A stretch of DNA of 61,652 bases, the filler included, from Sluysia triapertura (taxonomy: Eukaryota): the NCBI GenBank assembly GCA_046118255.1. It is 4 parts of 4 records of this genome, joined end to end, with 100 filler letters (N's around TTAATTAATTAA, not from the genome) between each part and the next. Parts side by side here need not be neighbours in the genome. Positions count along the whole stretch, not along the records: positions 30,390 to 49,091 come from JBJNIA010128628.1; positions 49,192 to 61,652 come from JBJNIA010106429.1; 2 more parts are not named here. One strand, 5' to 3'. This document shows positions 37,378 to 50,211 of this stretch, one piece after another; position 1 is the stretch's first letter, and each line of letters begins with the position of its first letter. The notes under the pieces were generated by a model. That model was not told the DNA's origin and made no database searches. It worked only from the letters and a program-made list of their open reading frames with translations. The translations under genes were made by a program, and so were the position numbers.

Positions 37378-38625
37378 TTACTGAAATTTTAAAAGAAAAA
37401 TAAAAATACTGTGGTTTTTATATCTTAACCTTACTCAAGCAGCAAAATGGAATAAAAAAGGTTCGTCTACAATACGCGACTTACGAATGGCGTGGCTGTA
37501 GATACGTGAAATAATAAAGTGAAAATTCTCAGATAAAATTCGTTGAAAATACGTTGATTGTTACTTAGTGAGTGCAATAAAATTATTCTATCGGTATGTT
37601 TGAAATCTTTAGAAATCTAATGCTTTATTATACACTTCTCTTATGTTAAACCTTAATTTATCAAAAAACAATTATCAAACTAAATAATCGTTTACTTGAA
37701 TTCTTTATTTAATTATTCAATAATTCAAAGGATCAAATAAGAAATATTCTAATATTTATTAATTACACTAAAAAAATATTAAATTAACAATAATATTAAT
37801 GCAAAAGCAAATATTTAATTAATAACAAAATGTCTAAAATCCAATTAGTCTAATAATATAACTAAAAATAATAATAACAATAATAAAGTATTTTTCTTTT
37901 AGAAATACCTAGTCTGCTAGAGGCTGGGCCAGAAGTTTTAATTAGTTTTAAATGATCTTGTCATTGGCCTTAAGGACCAACGGAAATAGGATATTTTACG
38001 TGAGATTTTATGATTCCAATCGAGTACAATTTATAAAAATTAGACTTACTACTTGAAATTTTTAAACGTAAACTGTTGGCCAAAATCAATAGAATACTGT
38101 TGCTGCATTAGCTTGTTGAAATTGTCGTTGAATGTTGCGTTAATCTAATGTAAATACTTGTGGTAGATTTTTGTCGACTTTTTCTCTTTGTCGAATACTT
38201 TATTTGTCTGTTGAATAAGATGTTAACTTTATTTTGCATTGTTGTGCGTCCTTTGTGAATAATATTTGTTTTGAATACTAATTTTTTTGTCATAATGACA
38301 TTAAAATTTTTAAATGATAAAAACAAATACTTTCCAGATTATTCTTTTTCTTAAATTTAATTTTTTAATTATAATTTTTGATATTATTGTTTAATGTTTA
38401 ATTATTATCATACAGATGTATTATGAACAGTATGTATGCTTCAGATATGAAAAAAATTTCCTTTGTTCACTCAAAACACCTGTATATTAGTGAAATCATT
38501 ACTATAATTATTATTAAATTTGGAATTATTATTTTATTAATATTACAAATAAACGAAATATCCTTTTTCTTTTATCTAAATGAGTCATTTGAAATTCAAT
38601 GATTACGTAATAATAAATATAATAG

Positions 38626-38743
38626 GTTTGCCTATATTTAATGATCATCATCATCATCACCACCACCACAATAAAATATACCATAATCATCAGTTATTTA
38701 TACAGCATTTAAAATATAATAATAATAATAATAATAATCATAG
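38626..38743 (+). CDS. Possible His/Asn-rich exon
   Basis: AG/GT-bounded open segment LPIFNDHHHHHHHHNKIYHNHQLFIQHLKYNNNNNNNH; could be microsatellite noise. Confidence 0.3.
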
Positions 38744-40369
38744 GTGATTCTCATTAATATTTCATTATTTACATATAAATAGCCATTTTATGTAATCACT
38801 TAAATTATGCGCACACACTAATTTTATTTAAATTTACTATAAATAAACTATGACATTAACAAATTTCTAATTCATGATTTTTTTCTTAATACATTTTAAT
38901 AATTTATTTTTATTGATTTTTATTTGTAATTCTATAAACAAAGCATAAATTAGTTTTGATTGAATTTAAAAATAATACTAATAATAATAATAAAATTTTT
39001 TAAAGATGTGTAATATACATAATAATTTCTAATATCATAAATGATTATTGCATTATTATTTAAATTTTTGCAGTCATTCGAATCACCATAGTAATTGAAC
39101 AATTGATTAATATTTTTATGGTTCACTTTAATGATAAAAACCAATTGTTTATAAGTAGTGTAGCTAAGTAAAAATTAGATTAACAATTAAATATCTAAGT
39201 AAAATTATAGCTGTTCTTTCAGTAAAATAGGATTGGTTTATTTTAGCTACTAAATTGCAGTTATAGTTCAAAAATAAGAAATAAAATTATTACAATTAGA
39301 AATAATAAAAATTTTTATCAAAATATTGATTCTATATTTAGCATTCTACTGTAAAAGTGCGCCTTCTTTTGTACATAATTCAAATTAACTAAATTATCAA
39401 TATTTTTCTTTGGCATTTACAAATATAGATAAATTTTTTAAATTTGCCAAAATTTTCGGGACTTTTTATAAATTATAATTACAACAAAAACAATTACAAA
39501 ATTAATTTTTATTAATTTTCTTTAAGAAATCGATTATTTTTAGTTTTTTTTTCTTGCTTTTAACAGATCTAAATATTCTTAATCTCTTCAATAGCAATAA
39601 TCGCCTTTTTAAAATTTTCAAAAGAAAAATTGTGTTCAATTTTTGATTGTTAAATTTTCTTAGAATTTTGAATGAATAAAAGTCAATGTACGAATTTATT
39701 TTTATAAATACAATAGAAAAGCTGTGATAAGACTTTTAAAAAGCATCATAATCTGAAAGCATTAATGTTTACTTTATCAAATAATGCAAATCTAAATTGT
39801 CAGATAAAAAATCCATAATTTCAATCCATAGTTTTTTAAAAATAAAACAAATTATACACAAAATGAAATAAAACATTCAACGAAATTGACTTTTGGTGGT
39901 AACATCACTGTCACATTTTATGGTATCATGAGTTTCTTCTATATTTGTATCTAATTTCATTTACCATTTCAAGGCTTTTGTATGTCATTTGTAAGATGAT
40001 CTTTAAAATCAGTTTTTTATTGGTCAACTTATCGTTTTACATACATAACATTGTATTTATGTTCTTGGATTTTTTAAAATAATTTTATCAAAGAATTTCT
40101 TATGGTCTATGTCAGATTTGTTAATAAATAATTATAAATTTATGGACTTTAAGATAAGAATTTGTTTAATTTTAATAAGTGTTCAATATAATTTAATCAT
40201 TTTCCACACAATTTAAGCATTTTGTCATATAACTTAATCTATTTAGAAATTAATTAGAAATTATAATTATAATGGTAATATATATTATTCAGTAAAATAA
40301 AAAACTCCAAAATAAGCGAACATTCATACTTTTTAATAAATTTAATAAAAATATATTTATTTAAAATGG

Positions 40370-40640
40370 TTCACTGTCAATTGCTCTGATTAAACATTCT
40401 CGCATATACCTAAAATATGGATTAGAATCTTTTCTAAAATGCAGATTTTATGATATTTTTCAATTTCGAAAATACTTTTTCAGTTGGATTAAGTTGTTGA
40501 GAATACGGTGGACTAAATTTTATTTCATGACCCATATAAGATACAAGATGTGATTTATGTATGGGTACATTATCCATAATGATTATCATATTTGACAAAA
40601 GCATTAAATTATCTGAAAAACCTTGTAAATTAGACAAAAT
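40370..40640 (-). mobile_element. Tc1/IS630-type DDE transposase fragment
   Basis: IIIMDNVPIHK...PPYSQQLNPTEKVFSKLK matches the DN...H / PPYSPxLNPIE motifs. Confidence 0.85.
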
Positions 40641-41669
40641 GTATAATAAAATATAAATATATTTAAATATAAATAAATAAATATATAAATAAATATAAAT
40701 ATATAAAAATAAAATATAAAATAAATTATATAATAAAAGTATTTGTTTATTAGAATTATAGATATGAAAAAATAAAATGGAATATTAGCTATTTTTGTTA
40801 CCTTTTTTTGAAACAGTATAGCACATTTGGTTAAGCATGAAATTTGATTCATGATAATTCAAGACTGACGAACTCGTTAATCAAAATCATCGAATAAAAA
40901 TTTAGTTTCATTTATTACTAAAAATAATATTCATCACATTTTATTTTGAAATATAGTTTTACATTTTTATATGAAAAAAAAGCTTTCCAAATTCCATTTT
41001 ATATTTAATTATATTTTATATTTTATATTTTATTTTATGTTTAATTTATTTAAATATTTTATTTATTTTAATATTTTAAAATTTATTTTAATATTTTATT
41101 AATAAATTAAAAGTTTATCATTGTTTTTGTAAATATAGTTTGTTTATATTTAAATAAATTATTATTATTTTTGTTTCTATAAACTATTCATAAAGTTTAT
41201 TATTGTTTAATTTAAATTTCAAAGATTTTATATTTTATAATCACATTTTAATTGTACAAATTAATTTTCTATTTTTTGAAAATAGACATGATTATGTAAA
41301 ATTTAAATTTTTTATAAATATTATTAAATTGTACAAATATTTTTGGAGCTATTTTACAATAAATATTTTTATTAAATATATTTCAAATTCTAAATTTTAA
41401 TGCCACTGTAAAATACAAATCATTAAATATTTGATGCATTAAGTATGTGAAAAGTTTTTTCTACAAAAAGTTTTTAGTTTAAAAGATGTAGAATTTGATT
41501 AATACTTATTTCGGTTTGATTTAGTTGGCTTAATGTGAAGTTATATATTAACAAAGACAATGTTAATATAAATAAAATACTTAACTAATTAAAATAAAGA
41601 GAAAATGAAATAAATAATAATAATAATAATGCCTAATTATAACTATAAACTAACATATATAAAATTTAG

Positions 41670-41897
41670 AAAATCGAAGAAGCATCATCTTCCGCATCAT
41701 CATTATCATCGTCATCATCGTCATCATCATCCACACAGTCACTAAAATTATCTTTGTGCAGTTTAATAGAAGATGTACAAAATCATAAATGCACTTTATT
41801 ATCATCATATTGTCCCCCGGAAATGCAAGATCCACAGATTATTCTAGAAAAACATTGTCGAAATGTGTGGCCAGAAGATGACATTTTTATAAATAAA
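41670..41897 (+). CDS. Exon with Axin-type beta-catenin-binding motif
   Basis: TTTAG acceptor, GTAAGA donor; Ser run then QDPQIILEKHCRNVW, matching the Axin DP..IL..H...V motif. Confidence 0.6.
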
Positions 41898-41975
41898 GTA
41901 AGAAATATTTTGCTTTGTCTTTGTATACTTAATTTTCAATTCACATCAAAATAGTTTATTAAGTTATTATTAATA

Positions 41976-42008
<33 letters not shown>

Positions 42009-43136
42009 ATTTAGACGAGAGAATTTAAAATTAAATCTGAATTCTAGTATTCGAAATTAGCATATATTCGAATGAAAGTGCAGCTAAACTAATTTTTTTC
42101 ATTGATAACTAATAATGTAGATTTTAATAATTGTTCCACAAAGAAAAGTGCAAAAGTTCCAATTATTATTGAACCAATAAGAAAGACTAATTTTCCAAGT
42201 AGGAAAACGACTTATATAACACTTTATCTTATGAAAACAAGAATATAATTCAAAATCATGATTATATGTACATTTTGAATATCTCTTGGAAATAATAAAA
42301 ATTCATAAACCAAAATGAATGTGTATTTAAGGTATTTAATTTATACAGAATTTGCAGTGATAAAAACCTAGTTGATAGAGTTATATTTATGTGTACAGAT
42401 AGTGTGCGTATTATAAATAAAACGTGTGTATTATATTATTTATCTATCAATTGATTATTTTACATTGATGTGTAATGCGTGCATATTATATTATTTATTG
42501 ATCATTTTTTGTGAATTATTTAACTTATTGTTTTAAACCATCAAAGATTTTTATTTTATTTAAAAAAGTATGTTTTATTTTGAATATTATTTTTAAATTT
42601 TTATAAATATTTTAAATATTAATTTAGCTTAAATATTGATTTTAAACATTAAATATAAAAATTGTATTTTTAAATCAAAATTCTGGTTAAGGTCAAGGAA
42701 AAATTTATATAAATAGTCAATAAATTTTACTACAATTTCACAACAGATCTATAATTTCAATCAATAGATTAACATCGCAATTTTCAATCAACATATGTTT
42801 CAGAAATATATATCCAGCTACCTTGGAATATTAAATTTTTATGACATATTTAAGAAAATTCTTTTTGTTTCAGAAATTCTGATTTATTTTAAGTAATTTC
42901 GAGTACTTATTTTAAAGTAGATATTAGCACAATAAAATCATTATTATTTGTTGGAAAATTATGCAAATATAATTAATATTTTAGAAATGTAAATTATATT
43001 TATATTGTAAGGAAAAAAGAAGAAAATATAAAAATAACTGTGTTTTCGGTTTTTGAATAGAAATAATTTAATTTTTTATATAAAATCAATCAAAATGTCA
43101 ATTAAAAATATTTAAATTTATTTATTTTATCCATAG

Positions 43137-43313
43137 AAACAGTCTATTGCAAAAGAAACTATATATTCACATGATCAACATCAACATAATTATCTTCATC
43201 ATCAAACTCAACCAAATCATCCTACTTGCCATTCAGATATTTGTTGGTATAATGATGAAACAATTGATTCTGCTTTTGAAAGTAGCATATGTCGAAGTAT
43301 TACAGTTGTCTGA
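43137..43313 (+). CDS. Following His/Gln-rich exon of the Axin-like gene, ending in TGA
   Basis: CATAG acceptor, phase 0 matches the 41897 donor; KQSIAKE...HQHNYLHHQ...DSAFESSICRSITVV*. Confidence 0.45.
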   Translation, partial: KQSIAKETIYSHDQHQHNYLHHQTQPNHPTCHSDICWYNDETIDSAFESSICRSITVV

Positions 43314-46300
43314 GACTAAACAATAACAATTATTAAATTGTTAACTTTTATTGTTTCTTTTTTATTTTGGAAATACAATTTACTAAAAATACTTTGTCAA
43401 AATTATTTATCACATAACTGCTAAAACGTAATTGCTAAAAAAGTCTCTAAATAAAAATCATTAAAATTATTAAATTAAAATGTAAATTCAAAAACGAATA
43501 CGAATAATATGCAAAATGAAAATCCTTTCAAATATCAGAAAATTTATTACTAAAGCATTTATTGATATCTAATATAATTTAAACGGTTTTTTCTCATCTT
43601 TAAGATAAAAAAGTTATCTGAAATATACATTAATAACAATGTAAATTATAGATTTTACAAGCAGCTATCCGAATAGATTGATTTCTTGTAGGATTTTAAT
43701 TTTCAGCAAATAAAAAATATCCTGGAATACTCTATTATATAAGTATATATAAGCAAAGATAATATTTTGCAAAACGTTTTACTTTCATCATGAATTCCAT
43801 CGACATTTTCCTCATTTTTAGCATTCCAGTTCATCTGAATATAATCCTTGGAAACATATGAAATTATTGATTTATTTTCAATATTCAACTATAACTAAGC
43901 ATCAATAAGTATATATCTTAACGATCATGATCGTTTCATAAAGAAAACTTAGTATACAGTTGGAGTAACTTGTCAAAATCAGCGATGGTCATTTGATTTC
44001 ACTTTCAGATATATCTTTGAAGAAGATATATCTAAATTATGAAGAGCATTGCACTAAAATTTATTAATATTAAACCATTATAAAATCCACAAATCAGGTC
44101 ATTCACACACCTGCAAGATAACATTGTAGCTAGGAAAATATTACCTAGTTTCTGATCTCAAATAAAAATATCTACATAATGTAGAAAATTTGCTTAACTT
44201 TATTAAGTACTTATCGGGAATCAATGTATTAATAATAATATTTTAAAGTAACAAAGAATTTTAATATTTATTAATAATAATACTAAAATTTTTTACATAA
44301 AAATATAGAAATATATTTATTTTTAAATGCTTACATTTTTGGTGATTTAATTTTATTTATCTAAATATAATTTAATTTTGACGAAGTATTTTTCGAAATC
44401 ATAATTATCAAACAACATGAACATAACGAAAATATGTGTCATATCGAGGTACAATTTCTATGACAACTTTATGTTTTTTATTTGTTGGTTTGTATTAAAG
44501 CGTTAATTTTTCTAATTCATATAAATGTTTAAAAAATAATTAAATTAATCATATTATAAATTAAAAATTAACAATGTTATTAAGTTTTGAATTTATGAAT
44601 GATTATAAAATTTTGGTGATTAAATATTTACCTTTAAATTCTAATAATAATAATAATAGTAATAAGAAAAATATTAATAATAATATAATATAATAATTAT
44701 AGTGCTTAAATAAATATTATTTTATAAATACGGTTCACTTAAACAATATATTATTTTCATTTTTGAAATATACTCGAAAATCAGTGCAATTATTTTTAAA
44801 CCAAGACAAAACAAATTTCGGTTGACGCACACAGAATTATTCGAAGTACCGTTTTAGTTTAAACTTCTATTAATAGAAACACTTGAAAACAAAATTAGAA
44901 ATTTTCAGTTCGATTAACATTTGATTTAAATTCATTTAAGTATAATTGTAATTATTAATACTATGTTCAAAATCGATCTACTTGTTCATAATGTTATTTA
45001 TTGTATATCTACAAGTTAGAACTGATTAAATTTAAAATTAAATTTTTATTCCATCAAAAAACTTATTTGTATGAGTTTTAATCAAGTTCAAAACTTAAAT
45101 GATTGAATATTTATTTATTATGAATTTGAGAAAAAGGTTTCATTTATTCGAAATTTACTTTCAAAGCTGTTGAATTATTTTTATTAATTTATCTACTAAA
45201 AATTAACGCTTACAAGTTTCGTTTTTATTTTTTAACAGCCAATGCTAATTTTTTATTCCGATTTTGTTTTTATATGATTAAAAAGTATAATGTGACAATA
45301 AAAAAGATTATATGTTGTATTTTAATTGGAATAATTGCAGTACTACAAAAAAAACAGATTCAAATTGATGTTTCACGTTTAAATGATTCATTTATGTTAT
45401 CTTTCTGAATAGTCAAATTAATTTTGCTGGGTGTTTTTCTTAATCTAAAACCTAACCTACAGCAAAATAGTTAATTATTATGAGTCCGTTTACAGTATAC
45501 GACTTACCAATGGCGTACCTGTAAAAATTACGTGAAAGCAATTACCAAAATTAACTCGTACAAGAATAATCTTCGCCTTAACCTAACAATAATGGATAAA
45601 ATCGTCAACAATTAACAACTAATAACTTAAAAAACTAATTAACTAATTAAGACCAACGTTAACTTAACAGGTATTTGAATTAAAATTAAGTAAATAACTA
45701 TGATATAGGAATGTGCTCTTATCTCCAAGTTCTATTACTATGACCGTTAAAATTTTTATGAAATTAATATCAAATTGAACGTAATTCTTATTTCTTAATA
45801 ATAACAAACAAAATAAAATATATATTAATTAGGAGTTACTCCGTAGTTAACAATAATTATAAACTCAACTTAAACTTCTTATTTATAAGACAAAAAACTC
45901 AAAACTCCTCTAATGTTTTTTATTATTGCACAAAATTAAAAACAAATATTAAATGATAATAAATAACACACAAAAAACAAAATTAAGAAACATAATTCTT
46001 GATTCTTTGGATTCAGAACATGTATAATAATTTGAAATTCTTAAAAATAATTCACCAATATTTTATATACTTTTTAATTGAAAATTATATTAATTCTAAA
46101 TTTAATTCATTAATATATTATTGATTATTTTATAGATTATCACAATCATTGATGATAATCCTTATAAATATATGCAATTACACACCATAAGTAATGTAAT
46201 ATACTGAGCAGTATATAAAGTTGATATTATTTTATCAATTACCGATCAGATTCATTCGATCTTGTGTTGTTAATTTATGTTTTATTGAGCGCTAATTTAG

Positions 46301-47087
46301 TATGGAAGTGCTTATTATTTTGTAAAACATATCCATGATTTTATTGCTTAAAAAACGAAACCTTTTGTTATTGAGCTGAAAACATTTACTATGTAATTTC
46401 TGTGTAAATATTTTTAATGTAATAATGTATTAAATAAACCTAAATTCAATTTGAATCATAAAATATTACTTTTTGAAAGGATTTCTATTTAAAAACTTAT
46501 TTGAAATTATTCAGAATAAATAAAATAAATCTTTTACTTCATCATAATAACCAATTCATATTTTAATATTATATTTGTTATTATTCAGTCGAAAAATTTT
46601 AAACGATATTATAAATCAATATTAAAAATATATTATAAATAGACATTATTATTATTATTATTAAATAAACTGAACGCTTCATTATGTACAAAAAAATAGT
46701 TGCAATATTAACTATATAGTATGAAATAATAAATATTTAAAATAAATAATGAGTTAGTTGTACAAAATTGAAGAATTGATGCGATTATGCAATGATATAT
46801 CTATATACATATGTTTTGAAATAATTATTTAAGGATTAAGTGAGAAATGAGGCTTCAGTTAAAGTAGAAAAGGATAGATGGGGGATGACGAATATTTGAA
46901 TGATATTTGGGGAAATAAAAGTAATAAAAGGGAGTACTACCAGACATTTCTTTCAATAACTCTATTAATAAGGCATTGTATACGTAGCTGAAACATAAAA
47001 AGGATACTATTAATATTAAATATGCATTCAACTGACATTTATAATTAGTAAATATGTCTATTTTTATTAATAGTGACAAGCTCATAA

Positions 47088-47152
<65 letters not shown>

Positions 47153-48689
47153 TTAAATGGTCTGAATCCAGGATTTCTAGCTACTTAGTCAGACTTTCTT
47201 CTAAGATATTAATGTCATTTAATAATAATTTGTTATATTAAATTGTCCAATCATTACTGTTAGCCAATTAATAGTTACAATAACTGGAATAACTTTATAA
47301 ATACAATGCATGGTTTTAGGTAAATATAATACAAAAACAAATATAAAAAGATAAACGAATTTTAATATCTCCAAAGAATCAGAAAAAACAATGCAAAACG
47401 TTCACAGATTATCACTTATATACTTCTTTTTATATTTATTTCAAATTCATGAAAAAATAATAAAACTATACATATTTTTGTGATAAAACATTAAAAATTT
47501 TTCTTAAACAATGATTACGCTATAATAAAAGAGTTAAATATGACAGATTTAAATATTTAAATTGCAAAAATATTGAAAAATAAGTCAAAACAAAGATCTA
47601 TATAATATTACTTGCATTATTTATTTACTTATTTATTTTAATAATCAATTTTGTAAATTTATTTATTTACGACTGCAATTAATTAAGTAGTTAATTAATT
47701 AATTGGTTAATTATTTTTAAACAAATCATTAATTATATTGACAGAGTTATATTTTGAAATGTTATTACTACCTATTCATTTATGTACTTTAGACTTTTAA
47801 AAGTACATTTTAGAAGCAATCGCAAAAAGCGTAGAAACGTCCAAGTTTTGGAATTACATAAAAGAAATGAAGGTTAATAAAAATCAGAAAATATGCATCT
47901 TGATTTGTAATGATTTATCAATGATATATTTATTTAATTTGTATTTATATTTATTTGTACTACAGATGTTAAAAAATATATCAATATGCTTTTAAAATGA
48001 TATTTTGAATCTTGAAGTATATTATATTAAATAATTTTTTATATACGATAATTCGATAATGACTAGCATCAAATATAAAAAAATAATCATAATCATAATC
48101 ATAATAATAGTAATGATAATAATAATAATAATGAACATGGTAACGAAAAAGTTACTATCTCAAGTTTGATAACGCAAAACGATAAGAAAATAAGCATTAA
48201 GGATAGTGAAAACAAGCCACACTAAAATAAAAATGATCACTACAACGTGCATGGTTAAAATGGCTGTAGTAACACTAGCTATAGATACTGCGTAAATCAA
48301 ATAGTGAGAAAGAAAAGTCATTAGTACATTCGATTCAAATTTGATAATGTTATTGTGTTGATAATTAAGTCTCAAATAATTTAAATAGATGTTTATTTAT
48401 TTTTATAAACGAAGACCAAATATTAACACAGTGAAGACGATGTGTGATGATGAATTCCCACATATTTTGTTGACATTATATAAATTAAAAGTGATAATTT
48501 CGAAAAAACAGTGTAACATTCATTAAGTATAATACATTATTAAAATTTATGAGCATATCAATTTACGTGGTCTGTCCTCAGTGGATTAAGTAAACTTTCT
48601 ATGTGTATTAGGTTTTATATTTTATAATTTACAAGATAGATATAAAATAACTCTTTGACATAAGAAATTTTCTACTAAAGAAATTATTG

Positions 48690-48787
48690 ACTTATTATTA
48701 TTATCATTATTATTATGATTATCATTATTATTATGATTATCATTATTATTATGATTATCATTATTATGATTATCATTATTATTATTA

Positions 48788-48828
<41 letters not shown>

Positions 48829-48830
48829 TA
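48690..48830. repeat. Compound (ATT/ATC/ATG) microsatellite
   Basis: Direct reading; similar tracts at 41975-42006, 47088-47148, 49015-49091 and 55261-55330. Confidence 0.9.
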
Positions 48831-48832
48831 AG

Positions 48833-48985
48833 GTGTCATTCTTTCTTCAAATGATAACGTAACTCGAAAAATATTGACAGCAGCAATTCAAATGGCGAAT
48901 GTCGAATTAGAAAGAATTAATTATCGCTTATTGCCAGTAACAGAAACAATAAATAATAACAAAAGTTTCGATATAATAAGAAAAG
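48833..48985 (+). CDS. Exon resembling an ionotropic glutamate receptor amino-terminal (LIVBP-like) domain
   Basis: 153-nt phase 1-1 exon VILSSNDNVTRKILTAAIQMANVELERINYRLLPVTETINNNKSFDIIRK, matching the G.I....A...AN....L.....[DN]SF...K pattern; the gene is cut by the spacer. Confidence 0.5.
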
Positions 48986-49010
48986 GTAGGTAAATGTATA
49001 CAAATATTGA

Positions 49011-49091
<81 letters not shown>

Positions 49092-49191
49092 NNNNNNNNN
49101 NNNNNNNNNNNNNNNNNNNNNNNNNNNNNNNNNNNTTAATTAATTAANNNNNNNNNNNNNNNNNNNNNNNNNNNNNNNNNNNNNNNNNNNN
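49092..49191. other. Assembly spacer
   Basis: N44-TTAATTAATTAA-N44. Confidence 0.97.
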
Positions 49192-50211
49192 AGTTTGGTA
49201 TAAAACGTATATACTAAGCGAACTGACCCTACAGATAATTTGTTAAGATTAAGGAAAAATCTAACAATCATAAATTAATAATTTCACTGATTATATTTTT
49301 AATTATTTTATTTCTTTACGATTCAATTTCTCAAATGTGTTACAGATTTCAATACTTGATTAAATTACTGAAAGGCCTCAAATGAATATTAAGGTTCAAA
49401 TGCTTATTAAGGGTCAACACGGTCTTAAATGATTTAAATGTTTACCAGTCAATTTGCAAACCGAACTCAAGCCTCCATAAGGCCTCAACACCTTATAAAA
49501 GTCTTTGAAAATCCAAGGCATTCCGTATTTTTAAAATGATCACAGGTGCTCTCACCCTCGTCATTTTTACTCAAATAATGTTATATCTGCTCATTACTTT
49601 AGACCAACTCTTCCTGTACTTTTCATCACCACGTTTTCTTAAGACATTTTTTTATATAATTTATATTAAGTTTTACTTTAATTTATTGTTTGAATTTAAA
49701 AGTTAATGAGTTTTAAATTAATTTGATAAACCTACCGATTAAAGAATTCACAGTTGCCACCAAATAAAACTTGCTACATTTAACTTAAATTAGAAATATT
49801 ATTCATAAAACCTCTTACGGATGCACACTATTAAGTCGTACAAGAAGACTTTAGTGACAAAAGTGCTGCATATTCATCAAATACTATCGTAGTTGATAAT
49901 AAATTTTGTTGTGGAAATCTTACCTCGTTAGTTTAAATCAGAAATCATATTATTATGGGCTATTAAATACCCATGTACAAGTTGTGCACTAAAATTTAAT
50001 TATTTGTTTTGGGATGATGTAATAGGAGTTCAAAAATTCTTATATATATTTGTACCATTGTTAAAATACGCTAATATAAAAATAAAAACTATATATTTAA
50101 AATTTAACGAGAATGCACTGGGTTTATTTATGTACTGTAGAGGGTGGCAATAATATTTATTAAATATTTTTAATTTAATTTTTTTAATTATATTTTTTAA
50201 TTTAACATTAA

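Noticed and set aside
37440-37470. tRNA/SINE A-box and B-box (AGCAAAATGG...GGTTCG) in motif A
   Set aside because: Spacing is only about 8-20 nt and there is no cloverleaf.
35082-37973. CATTGGCCTT direct repeats flanking the RING/ORF-X cassette as a TSD or recombination site
   Set aside because: The same word recurs at 54306 and GGCCTTAA occurs elsewhere, so it cannot define the termini.
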